A stretch of 64,000 nt of DNA from the human T2T-CHM13v2.0 reference genome, Homo sapiens. The notes below the pieces were generated by a model. That model saw only the letters and a program-made list of their open reading frames with translations, was not told the DNA's origin and ran no database searches. Of this stretch, positions 1-19,705 are shown in pieces. Where the stretch lies: the NCBI RefSeq assembly GCF_009914755.1, contig NC_060948.1; one strand, 5' to 3'. A program made the translations under genes and the position numbers. Numbering within the stretch: the first letter of the stretch is position 1; every line of letters starts with the position of its first letter.

Positions 1-32
1 TCCAAATTTGCTGGGATTACAGGCCTGAGCCA
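1..32 (-). mobile_element. Alu 5' portion (partial, cut by the window edge) within a DYZ2 unit
   Basis: tccaaatttgctgggattacaggcctgagcca matches the reverse complement of the Alu left-arm start. Confidence 0.85.
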
Positions 33-600
33 AGATCCATATTTTTTAAATGAAAAAAAATTTCAAAGGTACTCTGCTTGGTACAATAATCAAATGTATA
101 AACTGAGGAATAAAACATAACCATGAAACCTACTTATAACTGCATATGGAAAATACAGAGGATAATTTTTTAAATAACATATTTTGAAAGCCTTAACTAG
201 TAATTTGAAGAGCTGGCATTTGAAAGGCCTGTATGAATATACCTTCAAAGCAGCAACACAGGTTCCCCATGAGAAAAAGCAAACACAGGGAAAATAAAAA
301 CACAAAGGTTCAATCTCTTCTGACCTTTGAAAGACACAGCACAGACAGTGGTCCTTAGGACGAAGAGCAGGAGACCCCTAATTCCGTCACCATGGCGATA
401 GGGCATAAACATTGCTGGGTGAGGGCACAATCCACATTGTGAGGTCCAACTGCTGCCAGGAAGACAGGAGTGCTTTTACATAGACCGAAAGGTCATTGAA
501 GGCTCAGAGTTTTGTTTCAAGAACCGAATCCCAAGCCCACACGTTATTAGGCTGCGCTTCTTAAAACAAGTTATGAGATGGGAAAAAGGGCACCCACAAA
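33..600. repeat. HSATI-type segment of the DYZ2 unit (also ~2453-3020, 4873-5440, 7292-7859, 9712-10279, 12132-12699, 15831-16399, 18220-18786)
   Basis: About 570 bp of mixed-composition sequence between the Alu 5' end and the AT-rich block, repeated once per unit. The name is taken from the known DYZ2 composition. Confidence 0.75.
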
Positions 601-2160
601 CATACGTATACATTATGTATATAATAATATACAGTATCATATATATAATATATATAACCTATGTATAATATTGTTTTACATCCTGCATCTTATGTTATAT
701 ATATTGTATAAAATATAATAATTGATAATATATAAGTTTTATAATTATACAATATGACATATAGTATATATTATAATTTATGACATATATAATATATGTT
801 ATATATCATATATAGAATATATTATACGGTTAATATACGTATTAAATATAAATTATACATTATATATATTATATATAATATATCTGTTATATATAATACC
901 CATTATGCATAATATATATATTATGTCTATGTTATATATAGTATAAAACAACATATAATAATATATAATTGTATATATAAAATGCGACATATAATATATA
1001 TTATATTTTATAACATATGTAATATATATTATATATTATATATAATACGTTGTATGTATAATACCTATATTAAATATATATTATATGACTATGTTATTAA
1101 TTACATGTCACATGTGTTATATATTATATATTTTACATAGAATATACCGGTTACATACAATATATACTATGTTACCTATAATGTATAATTTATTACATGT
1201 AAAATAAAGAATGCAATATATTATGTATAATTTATAATATACAATATGTGGAATGTGATATATATAACATATAATATATGATATATGATATACAGTATAT
1301 GATATATAACATACAATATATGATTCCTAATATATATGGTATACAATACATATTTTATGATATGTATTCTATATGTTTTATATTCTGTTATATATAACTA
1401 TTTGAAATTATATATAACTGTATAATATTTTATGTAAATATGTAATATAATATATATAACTATATAATATATTATATATAACTATATATTATGTTATATA
1501 TACTTTTATAACATAATTTACATAAAATATCATAATATAATATATATTATATTATTTCATATTACATAATATATATTTCATATCACCCAATATAACTAAC
1601 ATACATAATATTATAATATAGATTATATTATCTTATATTAAATATCATATATATCATGTATCATATATTCTATAATATATATTACACATTATATAATATG
1701 TATGTTGTCTAATATGTGATATATATAACAATATATATAATTATATTTTTATACATATAACTAGATAAACATGTAATTCTACATATTTTCATTTATAATA
1801 TGTAGAAGTATATAATCATATATAATTATTTATATTCTATAAAAAATTTTATCATTATATAAATTATAATATATAAAAATTATAATATGTACTACAAATA
1901 TATATATTATATATCATATATGATATAGTACCTTTGTTATATATCATAATACATATAAATGTGTATTATGTTATCTATAATTCTATAATTTCATATATAA
2001 GATGTATAATATGTATCATATATTATATATGTTATGTAATATATATAGTATATATAAGATGACACAGGATAAATATTATATACTATGACATATAAAATAT
2101 GTGAGGTTATATGTTACATATAAGGCATAGCACATAACATGTAATATATATCATATATAA
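601..2160. repeat. AT-rich low-complexity block of the DYZ2 unit (also ~3021-4580, 5441-6999, 7860-9419, 10280-11839, 12700-13953, 13981-15538, 16400-17927, 18787-19692)
   Basis: Degenerate TA/ATAT/TATAA-type sequence with very little G/C, copied almost base for base between units. Confidence 0.9.
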
Positions 2161-2452
2161 TTTTTTTTTAGACTGAATCTTGTCCTGTTGCACAGGGTGG
2201 GGTACAATGGCGCCATCTTTGCTCACTGCAACTTCTGCCTCACGGGTCCAAGCGATTGTCCTCCCTCAGCCTCCCAGGTAGCTGGGACTACACCACACTG
2301 GGACTACACCAGCTGCCACCATGCCTAGCTAATTATTTGGATTTTTAGTAGTGACAGCGTTTCACTGTATTGGCCAGGATGGTCTTGATCTCTTCACCTT
2401 GTGATCCCCTTGCCTTGGCCTCCAAATTTGCTGGGATTACAGGCCTGAGCCA
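2161..2452 (-). mobile_element. Diverged near-full-length Alu, DYZ2 component
   Basis: Poly-T, then right arm (gctcactgcaac..cctcagcctcccaggtagctgggactac), linker (taattatttggatttttagtag), left arm (gccaggatggtcttgatctc..gctgggattacaggcctgagcca). About 12 nt of the Alu 5' end is missing. Confidence 0.95.
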
Positions 2453-4557
2453 AGATCCATATTTTTTAAATGAAAAAAAATTTCAAAGGTACTCTGCTTG
2501 GTACAATAATCAAATGTATAAACTGAGGAATAAAACATAACCATGAAACCTACTTATAACTGCATATGGAAAATACAGAGGATAATTTTTTAAATAACAT
2601 ATTTTGAAAGCCTTAACTAGTAATTTGAAGAGCTGGCATTTGAAAGGCCAGTATGAATATACCTTCAAAGCAGCAACACAGGTTCCCCATGAGAAAAAGC
2701 AAACACAGGGAAAATAAAAACACAAAGGTTCAATCTCTTCTGACCTTTGAAAGACACAGCACAGACAGTGGTCCTTAGGACGAAGAGCAGGAGACCCCTA
2801 ATTCCGTCACCATGGCGATAGGGCATAAACATTGCTGGGTGAGGGCACAATCCACATTGTGAGGTCCAACTGCTGCCAGGAAGACAGGAGTGCTTTTACA
2901 TAGACCAAAAGGTCATTGAAGGCTCAGAGTTTTGTTTCAAGAACTGAATCCCAAGCCCACACGATATTAGGCTGCGCTTCTTAAAACAAGTTATGAGATG
3001 GGAAAAAGGGCACCCACAAACATACGTATACATTATGTATATAATAATATACAGTATCATATATATAATATATATAACCTATGTATAATATTGTTTTACA
3101 TCCTGCATCTTATGTTATATATATTGTATAAAATATAATAATTGATAATATATAAGTTTTATAATTATACAATATGACATATAGTATATATTATAATTTA
3201 TGACATATATAATATATGTTATATGTCATATATAGAATATATTATACGGTTAATATACGTATTAAATATAAATTATACATTATATATATTATATATAATA
3301 TATCTGTTATATATAATACCCATTATGCATAATATATATATTATGTCTATGTTATATATAGTATAAAACAACATATAATAATATATAATTGTATATATAA
3401 AATGCGACATATAATATATATTATATTTTATAACATATGTAATATATATTATATATTATATATAATACGTTGTATGTATAATACCTATATTAAATATATA
3501 TTATATGACTATGTTATTAATTACATGTCACATGTGTTATATATTATATATTTTACATAGAATATACCGGTTACATACAATATATACTATGTTACCTATA
3601 ATGTATAATTTATTACATGTAAAATAAAGAATGCAATATATTATGTATAATTTATAATATACCATATGTGGAATGTGATATATATAACATATAATATATG
3701 ATATATGGTATACAGTATATGATATATAACATACAATATATGATTCCTAATATATATTGTATACAATATATATTTTATGATATGTATTCTATATGTTTTA
3801 TATTCTGTTATATATAACTATTTGAAATTATATATAACTGTATAATATTTTATGTAAATATGTAATATAATATATATAACTATATAATATATTACATATA
3901 ACTATATATTATGTTATATATACTTTTATAACATAATTTACATAAAATATCATAATGTAATATATATTATATTATTTCATATTACATAATATATATTACA
4001 TATCACCCAATATAACTAACATACATAATATTATAATATAGATTATATTGTGTTATATTAAATATCATATATATCATGTAACATATATTCTATAATATAT
4101 ATTACACATTATATAATATGTATGTTGTCTATTATGTGATATATATAACTATATATATAATTATATTTTTATACATATAACTAGATAAACATGTAATTCT
4201 ACATATTTTCATTTATAATATGTAGAATTATATAATCATATATAATTATTTATATTCTATAAAAAATTTTATCATTATATAAATTATAATATATAAAAAT
4301 TATAATATGTACTACAAATATATATATTATATATCATATATGATATAGTACCTTTGTTATATATCATAATACATATAAATGTGTATTATGTTATCTATAA
4401 TTATATAATTTCATATATAAGATGTATAATATGTATCATATATTATATATGTTATGTAATATATATAGTATATATAAGATGACACAGGATAAATATTATA
4501 TACTATGACATATAAAATATATCAGGTTATATGTTACATATAAGGCATAGCACATAA

Positions 4558-4872
<315 letters not shown>

Positions 4873-6999
4873 AGATCCATATTTTTTAAATGAAAAAAAA
4901 TTTCAAAGGTACTCTGCTTGGTACAATAATCAAATGTATAAACTGAGGAATAAAACATAACCATGAAACCTACTTATAACTGCATATGGAAAATACAGAG
5001 GATAATTTTTTAAATAACATATTTTGAAAGCCTTAACTAGTAATTTGAAGAGCTGGCATTTGAAAGGCCAGTATGAATATACCTTCAAATCAGCAACACA
5101 GGTTCCCCATGAGAAAAAGCAAACACAGGGAAAATAAAAACACAAAGGTTCAATCTCTTCTGACCTTTGAAAGACACAGCACAGACAGTGGTCCTTAGGA
5201 CGAAGAGCAGGAGACCCCTAATTCCGTCACCATGGCGATAGGGCATAAACATTGCTGGGTGAGGGCACAATCCACATTGTGAGGTCCAACTGCTGCCAGG
5301 AAGACAGGAGTGCTTTTACATAGACCGAAAGGTCATTGAAGGCTCAGAGTTTTGTTTCAAGAACTGAATCCCAAGCCCACACGTTATTAGGCTGCGCTTC
5401 TTAAAACAAGTTATGAGATGGGAAAAAGGGCACCCACAAACATACGTATACATTATGTATATAATAATATACAGTATCATATATATAATATATATAACCT
5501 ATGTATAATATTGTTTTACATCCTGCATCTTATGTTATATATATTGTATAAAATATAATAATTGATAATATATAAGTTTTATAATTATACAATATGACAT
5601 ATAGTATATATTATAATTTATGACATATATAATATATGTTATATATCATATGTAGAATATATTATACGGTTAATATACGTATTAAATATAAACTATACAT
5701 TATATATATTATATATAATATATCTGTTATATATAATACCCATTATGCATAATATATATATTATGTCTATGTTATATATAGTATAAAACAACATATAATA
5801 ATATATAATTGTATATATAAAATGCGACATATAATATATATTATATTTTATAACATATGTAATATATATTATATATTATATATAATACGTTGTATGTATA
5901 ATACCTATATTAAATATATATTATATGACTATGTTATTAATTACATATCACATGTGTTATATATTATATATTTTACATAGAATATACCGGTTACATACAA
6001 TATATACTATGTTACCTATAATGTGTAATTTATTACATGTAAAATAAAGAATGCAATATATTATGTATAATTTATAATATACAATATGTGGAATGTGATA
6101 TATATAACATATAATATATGATATATGATATACAGTATATGATATATAACATACAAAATATGATTCCTAATATATATGGTATACAATATATATTTTATGA
6201 TATGTATTCTATATGTTTTATATTCTGTTATATATAACTATTTGAAATTATATATAACTGTATAATATTTTATGTAAATATGTAATATAATATATATAAC
6301 TATATAATATATTATAGATAACTATATATTATGTTATATATACTTTTATAACATAATTTACATAAAATATCATAATATAATATATATTATATTATTTCAT
6401 ATTATATAATATATATTACATATCACCCAATATAACTAACATACATAATATTATAATATAGATTATATTGTGTTATATTAAATATCATATATATCATGTA
6501 TCATATATTCTATAATATATATTACACATTATATAATATGTATGTTGTCTATTATGTGATATATATAACTATATATATAATTATATTTTTATACATATAA
6601 CTAGATAAACATGTAATTCTACATATTTTCATTTATAATATGTAGAATTATATAATCATATATAATTATTTATATTCTATAAAAATTTTATCATTATATA
6701 AATTATAATATATAAAAATTATAATATGTACTACAAATATATATATTATATATCATATATGATATAGTACCTTTGTTATATATCATAATACATATAAATG
6801 TGTATTATGTTATCTATAATTATATAATTTCATATATAAGATGTATAATATGTATCATATATTATATATGTTATGTAATATATATAGTATATATAAGATG
6901 ACACAGGATAAATATTATATACTATGACATATAAAATATATCAGGTTATATGTTACATATAAGGCATAGCACATAACATGTAATATGTATCATATATAA

Positions 7000-7291
7000 T
7001 TTTTTTTTAGACAGAATCTTGTCGTGTTGCACAGGGTGGGGTACAATGGCGCCATCTTTGCTCACTGCAACTTCTGCCTCATGGGTCCAAGCGATTGTCC
7101 TCCCTCAGCCTCCCAGGTAGCTGGGACTACACCACACTGGGACTACACCAGCTGCCACCATGCCTAGCTAATTTTTTGTATTTTTAGTAGTGACAGCGTT
7201 TCACTGTATTGGCCAGTATGGTCTTGATCTCTTCACCTTGTGATCCCCTTGCCTTGGCCTCCAAATTTGCTGGGATTACAGGCCTGAGCCA
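7000..7291 (-). mobile_element. Alu, DYZ2 component
   Basis: Near-identical copy of 2161-2452. Confidence 0.95.
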
Positions 7292-9396
7292 AGATCCATA
7301 TTTTTTAAATGAAAAAAAATTTCAAAGGTACTCTGCTTGGTACAATAATCAAATGTATAAACTGAGGAATAAAACATAACCATGAAACCTACTTATAACT
7401 GCATATGGAAAATACAGAGGATAATTTTTTAAATAACATATTTTGAAAGCCTTAACTAGTAATTTGAAGAGTTGGCATTTGAAAGGCCAGTATGAATATA
7501 CCTTCAAAGCAGCAACACAGGTTCCCCATGAGAAAAAGCAAACACAGGGAAAATAAAAACACAAAGGTTCAATCTCTTCTGACCTTTGAAAGACACAGCA
7601 CAGACAGTGGTCCTTAGGACGAAGAGCAGGAGACCCCTAATTCCGTCACCATGGCGATAGGGCATAAACATTGCTGGGTGAGGGCACAATCCACATTGTG
7701 AGGTCCAACTGCTGCCAGGAAGACAGGAGTGCTTTTACATAGACCGAAAGGTCATTGAAGGCTCAGAGTTTTGTTTCAAGAACTGAATCCCAAGCCCACA
7801 CGTTATTAGGCTGCGCTTCTTAAAACAAGTTATGAGATGGGAAAAAGGGCACCCACAAACATACGTATACATTATGTATATAATAATATACAGTGTCATA
7901 TATTTAATATATATAACCTATGTATAATATTGTTTTACATCCTGCATCTTATGTTATATATATTGTATAAAATATAATAATTGATAATATATAAGTTTTA
8001 TAATTATACAATATGACATATAGTATATATTATAATTTATGACATATATAATATATGTTATATGTCATATATAGAATATATTATACGGTTAATATACGTA
8101 TTAAATATAAATTATACATTATATATATTATATATAATATATCTGTTATATATAATACCCATTATGCATAATATATATATTATGTCTATGTTATATATAG
8201 TATAAAACAACATATAATAATATATAATTGTATATATAAAATGCGACATATAATATATATTATATTTTATAACATATGTAATTTATATTATATATTATAT
8301 ATAATACGTTGTATGTATAATACCTATATTAAATATATATTATATGACTATGTTATTAATTACATGTCACATGTGTTATATATTATATATTTTACATAGA
8401 ATATACCGGTTACATACAATATATACTATGTTACCTATAATGTATAATTTATTACATGTAAAATAAAGAATGCAATATATTATGTATAATTTATAATATA
8501 CCATATGTGGAATGTGATATATATAACATATAATATATGATATATGATATACAGTATATGATATATAACATACAATATATGATTCCTAATATATATTGTA
8601 TACAATATATATTTTATGATATGTATTCTATATGTTTTATATTCTGTTATATATAACTATTTGAAATTATATATAACTGTATAATATTTTATGTAAATAT
8701 GTAATATAATATATATAACTATATAATATATTACATATAACTATATATTATGTTATATATACTTTTATAACATAATTTACATAAAATATCATAATGTAAT
8801 ATATATTATATTATTTCATATTACATAATATATATTACATATCACCCAATATAACTAACATACATAATATTATAATATAGATTATATTGTGTTATATTAA
8901 ATATCATATATATCATGTATCATATATTATATAATATATATTACACATTATATAATATGTATGTTGTCTATTATGTGATATATATAACTATATATATAAT
9001 TATATTTTTATACATATAACTAGATAAACATGTAATTGTACATATTTTCATTTATAATATGTAGAATTATATAATCATATATAATTATTTATATTCTATA
9101 AAAAATTTTATCATAATATAAATTATAATATATAAAAATTATAATATGTACTACAAATATATATATTATATATCATATATGATATAGTACCTTTGTTATA
9201 TATCATAATACATATAAATGTGTATTATGTTATCTATAATTATATAATTTCATATATAAGATGTATAATATGTATCATATATTATATATGTTATGTAATA
9301 TATATAGTATATATAAGATGACACAGGATAAATATTATATACTATGACATATAAAATATATGAGGTTATATGTTACATATAAGGCATAGCACATAA

Positions 9397-9711
<315 letters not shown>

Positions 9712-11839
9712 AGATCCATATTTTTTAAATGAAAAAAAATTTCAAAGGTACTCTGCTTGGTACAATAATCAAATGTATAAACTGAGGAATAAAACATAAC
9801 CATGAAACCTACTTATCACTGCATATGGAAAATACAGAGGATAATTTTTTAAATAACATATTTTGAAAGCCTTAACTAGTAATTTGAAGAGCTGGCATTT
9901 GAAAGGCCAGTATGAATATACCTTCAAAGCAGCAACACAGGTTCCCCATGAGAAAAAGCAAACACAGGGAAAATAAAAACACAAAGGTTCAATCTCTTCT
10001 GACCTTTGAAAGACACAGCACAGACAGTGGTCCTTAGGACGAAGAGCAGGAGACCCCTAATTCCGTCACCATGGCGATAGGGCATAAACATTGCTGGGTG
10101 AGGGCACAATCCACATTGTGAGGTCCAACTGCTGCCAGGAAGACAGGAGTGCTTTTACATAGACCGAAAGGTCATTGAAGGCTCAGAGTTTTGTTTCAAG
10201 AACTGAATCCGAAGCCCACACGTTATTAGGCTGCGCTTCTTAAAACAAGTTATGAGATGGGAAAAAGGGCACCCACAAACATACGTATACATTATGTATA
10301 TAATAATATACAGTATCATATATATAATATATATAACCTATGTATAATATTGTTTTACATCCTGCATCTTATGTTATATATATTGTATAAAATATAATAA
10401 TTGATAATATATAAGTTTTATAATTATACAATATGACATATAGTATATATTATAATTTATGACATATATAATATATGTTATATGTCATATATAGAATATA
10501 TTATACGGTTAATATACGTATTAAATATAAATTATACATTATATATATTATATATAATATATCTGTTATATATAATACCCATTATGCATAATATATATAT
10601 TATGTCTATGTTATATATAGTATAAAACAACATATAATAATATATAATTGTATATATAAAATGCGACATAGAATATATATTATATTTTATAACATATGTA
10701 ATATATATTATATATTATATATAATACGTTGTATGTATAATACCTATATTAAATATATATTATATGACTATGTTATTAATTACATGTCACATGTGTTATA
10801 TATTATATATTTTACATAGAATATACCGGTTACATACAATATATACTATGTTACCTATAATGTATAATTTATTACATGTAAAATAAAGAATGCAATATAT
10901 TATGTATAATTTATAATATACCATATATGGAATGTGATATATATAACATATAATATATGATATATGATATACAGTATATGATATATAACATACAATATAT
11001 GATTCCTAATATATATGGTATACAATATATATTTTATGATATGTATTCTATATGTTTTATATTCTGTTATATATAACTATTTGAAATTATATATAACTCT
11101 ATAATATTTTATGTAAATATGTAATATAATATATATAACCATATCATATATTATATATAACTATATATTATGTTATATATACTTTTATAACATAATTTAC
11201 ATAAAATATCATAATATAACATATATTATATTATTTCATATTACATAATATATATTACATATCACCCAATATAACTAACATACATAATATTATAATATAG
11301 ATTATATTGTGTTATATTAAATATCATATATATCATGTATCATATATTCTATAATATATATTACACATTATATAATATGTATATTGTCTATTATGTGATA
11401 TATATAACTATATATATAATTATATTTTTATACATATAACTAGATAAACATGTAATTCTACATATTTTCATTTATAATATGTAGAATTATATAATCATAT
11501 ATAATTATTTATATTCTATAAAAAATTATATCATTATATAAATTATAATATATAAAAATTATAATATGTACTACAAATATATATATTATATATCATATAT
11601 GATATAGTACCTTTGTTATATATCATAATACATATAAATGTGTATTATGTTATCTATAATTATATAATTTCATATATAAGATGTATAATATGTATCATAT
11701 ATTATATGTGTTATGTAATATATATAGTATATATAAGATGACACAGGATAAATATTATATACTATGACATATAAAATATATCAGGTTATATGTTACATAT
11801 AAGGCATAGCACATAACATGTAATATATATCATATATAA

Positions 11840-15830
<3,991 letters not shown>

Positions 15831-17927
15831 AGATCCATATTTTTTAAATGAAAAAAAATTTCAAAGGTACTCTACTTGGTACAGTAATCAAATCTATAAA
15901 CTGAGGAATAAAACATAACCGTGAAACATACTTATAACTGCATATGGAAAATACAGAGTATAATTTTTTAAAATAACATATTTTGAAAGCCTTAACTAGT
16001 AATTTGAAGGGTTTGCATTTGAAAGGCCAGTATGAATATACCTTCAAAGCAGCAACACAGGTTCCAAATGAGAACAATCAAACTCAGGGAAAATAAAACC
16101 ACAAATGTTCACTCTGTTCTGACCTTTGAAAAACACAGCACAGACAGTGGCACTTAGGACCAAGAGCAGGAGATCCCTAATCCCGTCACCATGGCGATAG
16201 GGCATAAACATTGCGGGGTGAGGGCACAATGCACATTGTGAGGTCCAATTGCTGCCAGGAAGACAGGAGTGCTTTTACATAGACCGAAAGGTCATTGAAG
16301 GCTCAGATTTTCGTTTCAAAAACTGAATCCCAAGCCCACACGTTATTATGCTGCACTTCTTAAAACAAGTTATGAGAAGGGAAATAGGGCACTCACAACA
16401 TACGTATATAGTATGTATATAATAATATACACTATCATATATATAATATATATAACCTATGTATAATATTGTTTTACATCCTGCATCTTATATTATATAT
16501 ATTATATGTAATATAATAATTGATAATATATAAGTTTATATTTATACAATATGACATATAATATATATTATATTTTATGACATATATAATATAGATTATA
16601 TATCATATATAGAATATACTATACGGTTAATATACGTATTAAATATATAATATACATTATATATATTATATCTACGTTATATATAACATTAACTATAGAT
16701 AATATATATATTATATCTAGCTTATATATAATATAAAATAACAGATAATTATATATAATTGTATATATAAAATATGACATATAATATATATTATATTTTA
16801 TGACATATATATCATATATATTATATATTATATATAATATGTTGTATGTATAATACATATATTATATATATATTATAAGTCTAAATTATTAATTATATGC
16901 AATATATGTTATATATTACATATTTTACATTTCATACACATGTTACATACAATATATACTATGTTACATGTTACCTAGAATTTATTATATATAATATAAT
17001 GTATGTCATATATTATATATACTTTATAGTATGCAATATGTGGAATGTGATATATATAACATGTAATATATGATATATGATATACGATATATGATATATA
17101 ATATACAATATATGATACATTTTATATATGGTATACAATATATATTTTATGATATATATCATATATGTTTTATATTATATTATACATAACCATTTAATTA
17201 TATATAACTCTATAATATTGTAGGTAAATATATAATATAATACATATAACCATATATTATGTTATTTATAATTTTATTACGTACATTCAATAATATATCA
17301 TAATATAATATATATTATATTATATTATTTTATATTACATAATATATATTATATATCACATAGTATGTGTTACATACATAATATTTAAATATATATTATA
17401 TTATGATATATTAAATATTATATATATTATGTATGCTATACTGTATAATATATATTATATATTATATATTATGCAGGGTGTCTATTATATGATATATATT
17501 ATAATATATATAATTATATTATACATATAACGATATAAATATGTAATTATATTTAACATTATTTATATTACATATAGTTATATAATCATATATAATAATT
17601 TATATTATAAAAATAATTATATCATTATATAAATTATAGTATATATAAATTATAATATGTGATAAATAATATATATTATATATCATATATGATATAGCAT
17701 ATATGTTATATATCATATTATATATCAATTTACGTTATGATATGTATAATTATATATTTTCATATATAAGATGTATAATATGAATTATATATTATATATG
17801 TTATTAAATATATACTTTATATAAAATGACACAGGATAAATGTTATATATTATGACATATGATATATATGCGGTTATATATTATATATGAAGCATATTAC
17901 ATAACATATAATATATATCATATATAA

Positions 17928-18219
<292 letters not shown>

Positions 18220-19680
18220 AGATCCATATTTTTTAAATGAAAAAAAATTTCAAAGTTATTCTGCTTGGTACAATAATCAAATATATAAACTGAGGGTTAA
18301 AACATAACCTTGGAACATATTTATAAGTGCATATGGATAATACAGAGGATAATTTTTTAAATAACATATTTTGAAAGCATTAACTGGTAATTTGAAGAGT
18401 TGGCATTTGAAAGGCCAGTATGAATATACCTTCAAAGCAGCAACACAGGTTCCCCATGAGAAAAATCAAACTTAGGGAAAATAAAACCACAAAGGTTCAA
18501 TCTTTTCTGACCTTTGAAAGACACAGCACAGACAGTGGTCCTTAGGACGAAGAGCAGGAGACCCCTAATTCCGTCACCATGGCGATAGGGCATAAACATT
18601 GCTGGGTGAGGGCACAATCCACATTGTGAGGTCCAACTGCTGCCAGGAAGACAGGAGTGCTTTTACATAGACCCAAAGGTCATTGAAGGCTCAGTGTTTT
18701 GTTTCAAAAACTGAATCCCAAGCCCACACGTTATTATGCTGTGCTTCTTAAAAAAAGTTATGAGATGGGAAATAGGGCACCCACAATTATATCTATACAT
18801 TATGTATATAATAATATATAGAATCATATATATAATATATGTAACATATATATATAATACTGTTTTACATCCTGCAGTTATATTATATATATTATATGTA
18901 TTATAATAACTGGTAATGTATAAGTATTATATTTATACACTGTGACATATAATAATTATATTTTATGCCGTATATAATATATATTATATATCATATACCA
19001 AATATATTATATGGTTAATATACGTATTAAATATATAATATACATTATAAATATTATATCTACGTTATATATAACATTCACTATAGTTAATATATATATT
19101 ATATCTAGCTTATATATAATATAAAATAACATATAATAATATATAACTGTATATATAAAATATGACATATAATATATATTATATTTTATGACATATATAT
19201 GATATGTATTATATATTATATATAATATGTTGTAAGTATAATACATGTATTAAATATATATTATATGTCTATGTTATTAATTATATGTAATATATGTTAT
19301 ATATTACATATTTGATATGGAATACACATGTTACATAGAATATATTCTATGTTACATATAACGTAGAATTTATTATGTGTAATATAATGTATGGCATATA
19401 TTATAAATTCCTTATAATATACAATATGTGGAATGTGATATATATAACTTGTAATATATGATATATGATATACAATATATGTTATATAACATACAATATA
19501 TGATACATAATATATATGGTATAGAATATATATTTTATGTTATATATTATATATGTTTTATATTTTATTATATATAAATATTTAAAATTATATATAACTG
19601 TATAATGTTATACGTAAATATATAATATACTACATATAACCATATATTATGTTATATAAAATTTTATTACATACTTTCCA

Positions 19681-19705
19681 TAATATATCATATGGACTCC
19701 TTTGG
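19681..19705. other. DYZ2/DYZ1 array junction at 19692/19693
   Basis: The sequence taatatatcata|tggactcctttggaatgg switches abruptly from AT-rich to GGAAT satellite. Confidence 0.95.

Noticed and set aside
90-430. Repeated 71 aa and 61 aa minus-strand ORFs in each DYZ2 unit
   Set aside because: They are short, show no recognisable domain, and are conserved only because the whole unit is copied. The 71 aa frame is lost or altered in diverged units.
601-2160. TATA boxes, polyA signals and hairpins in the AT-rich block
   Set aside because: These are expected by chance at this base composition, and there is no associated gene structure.
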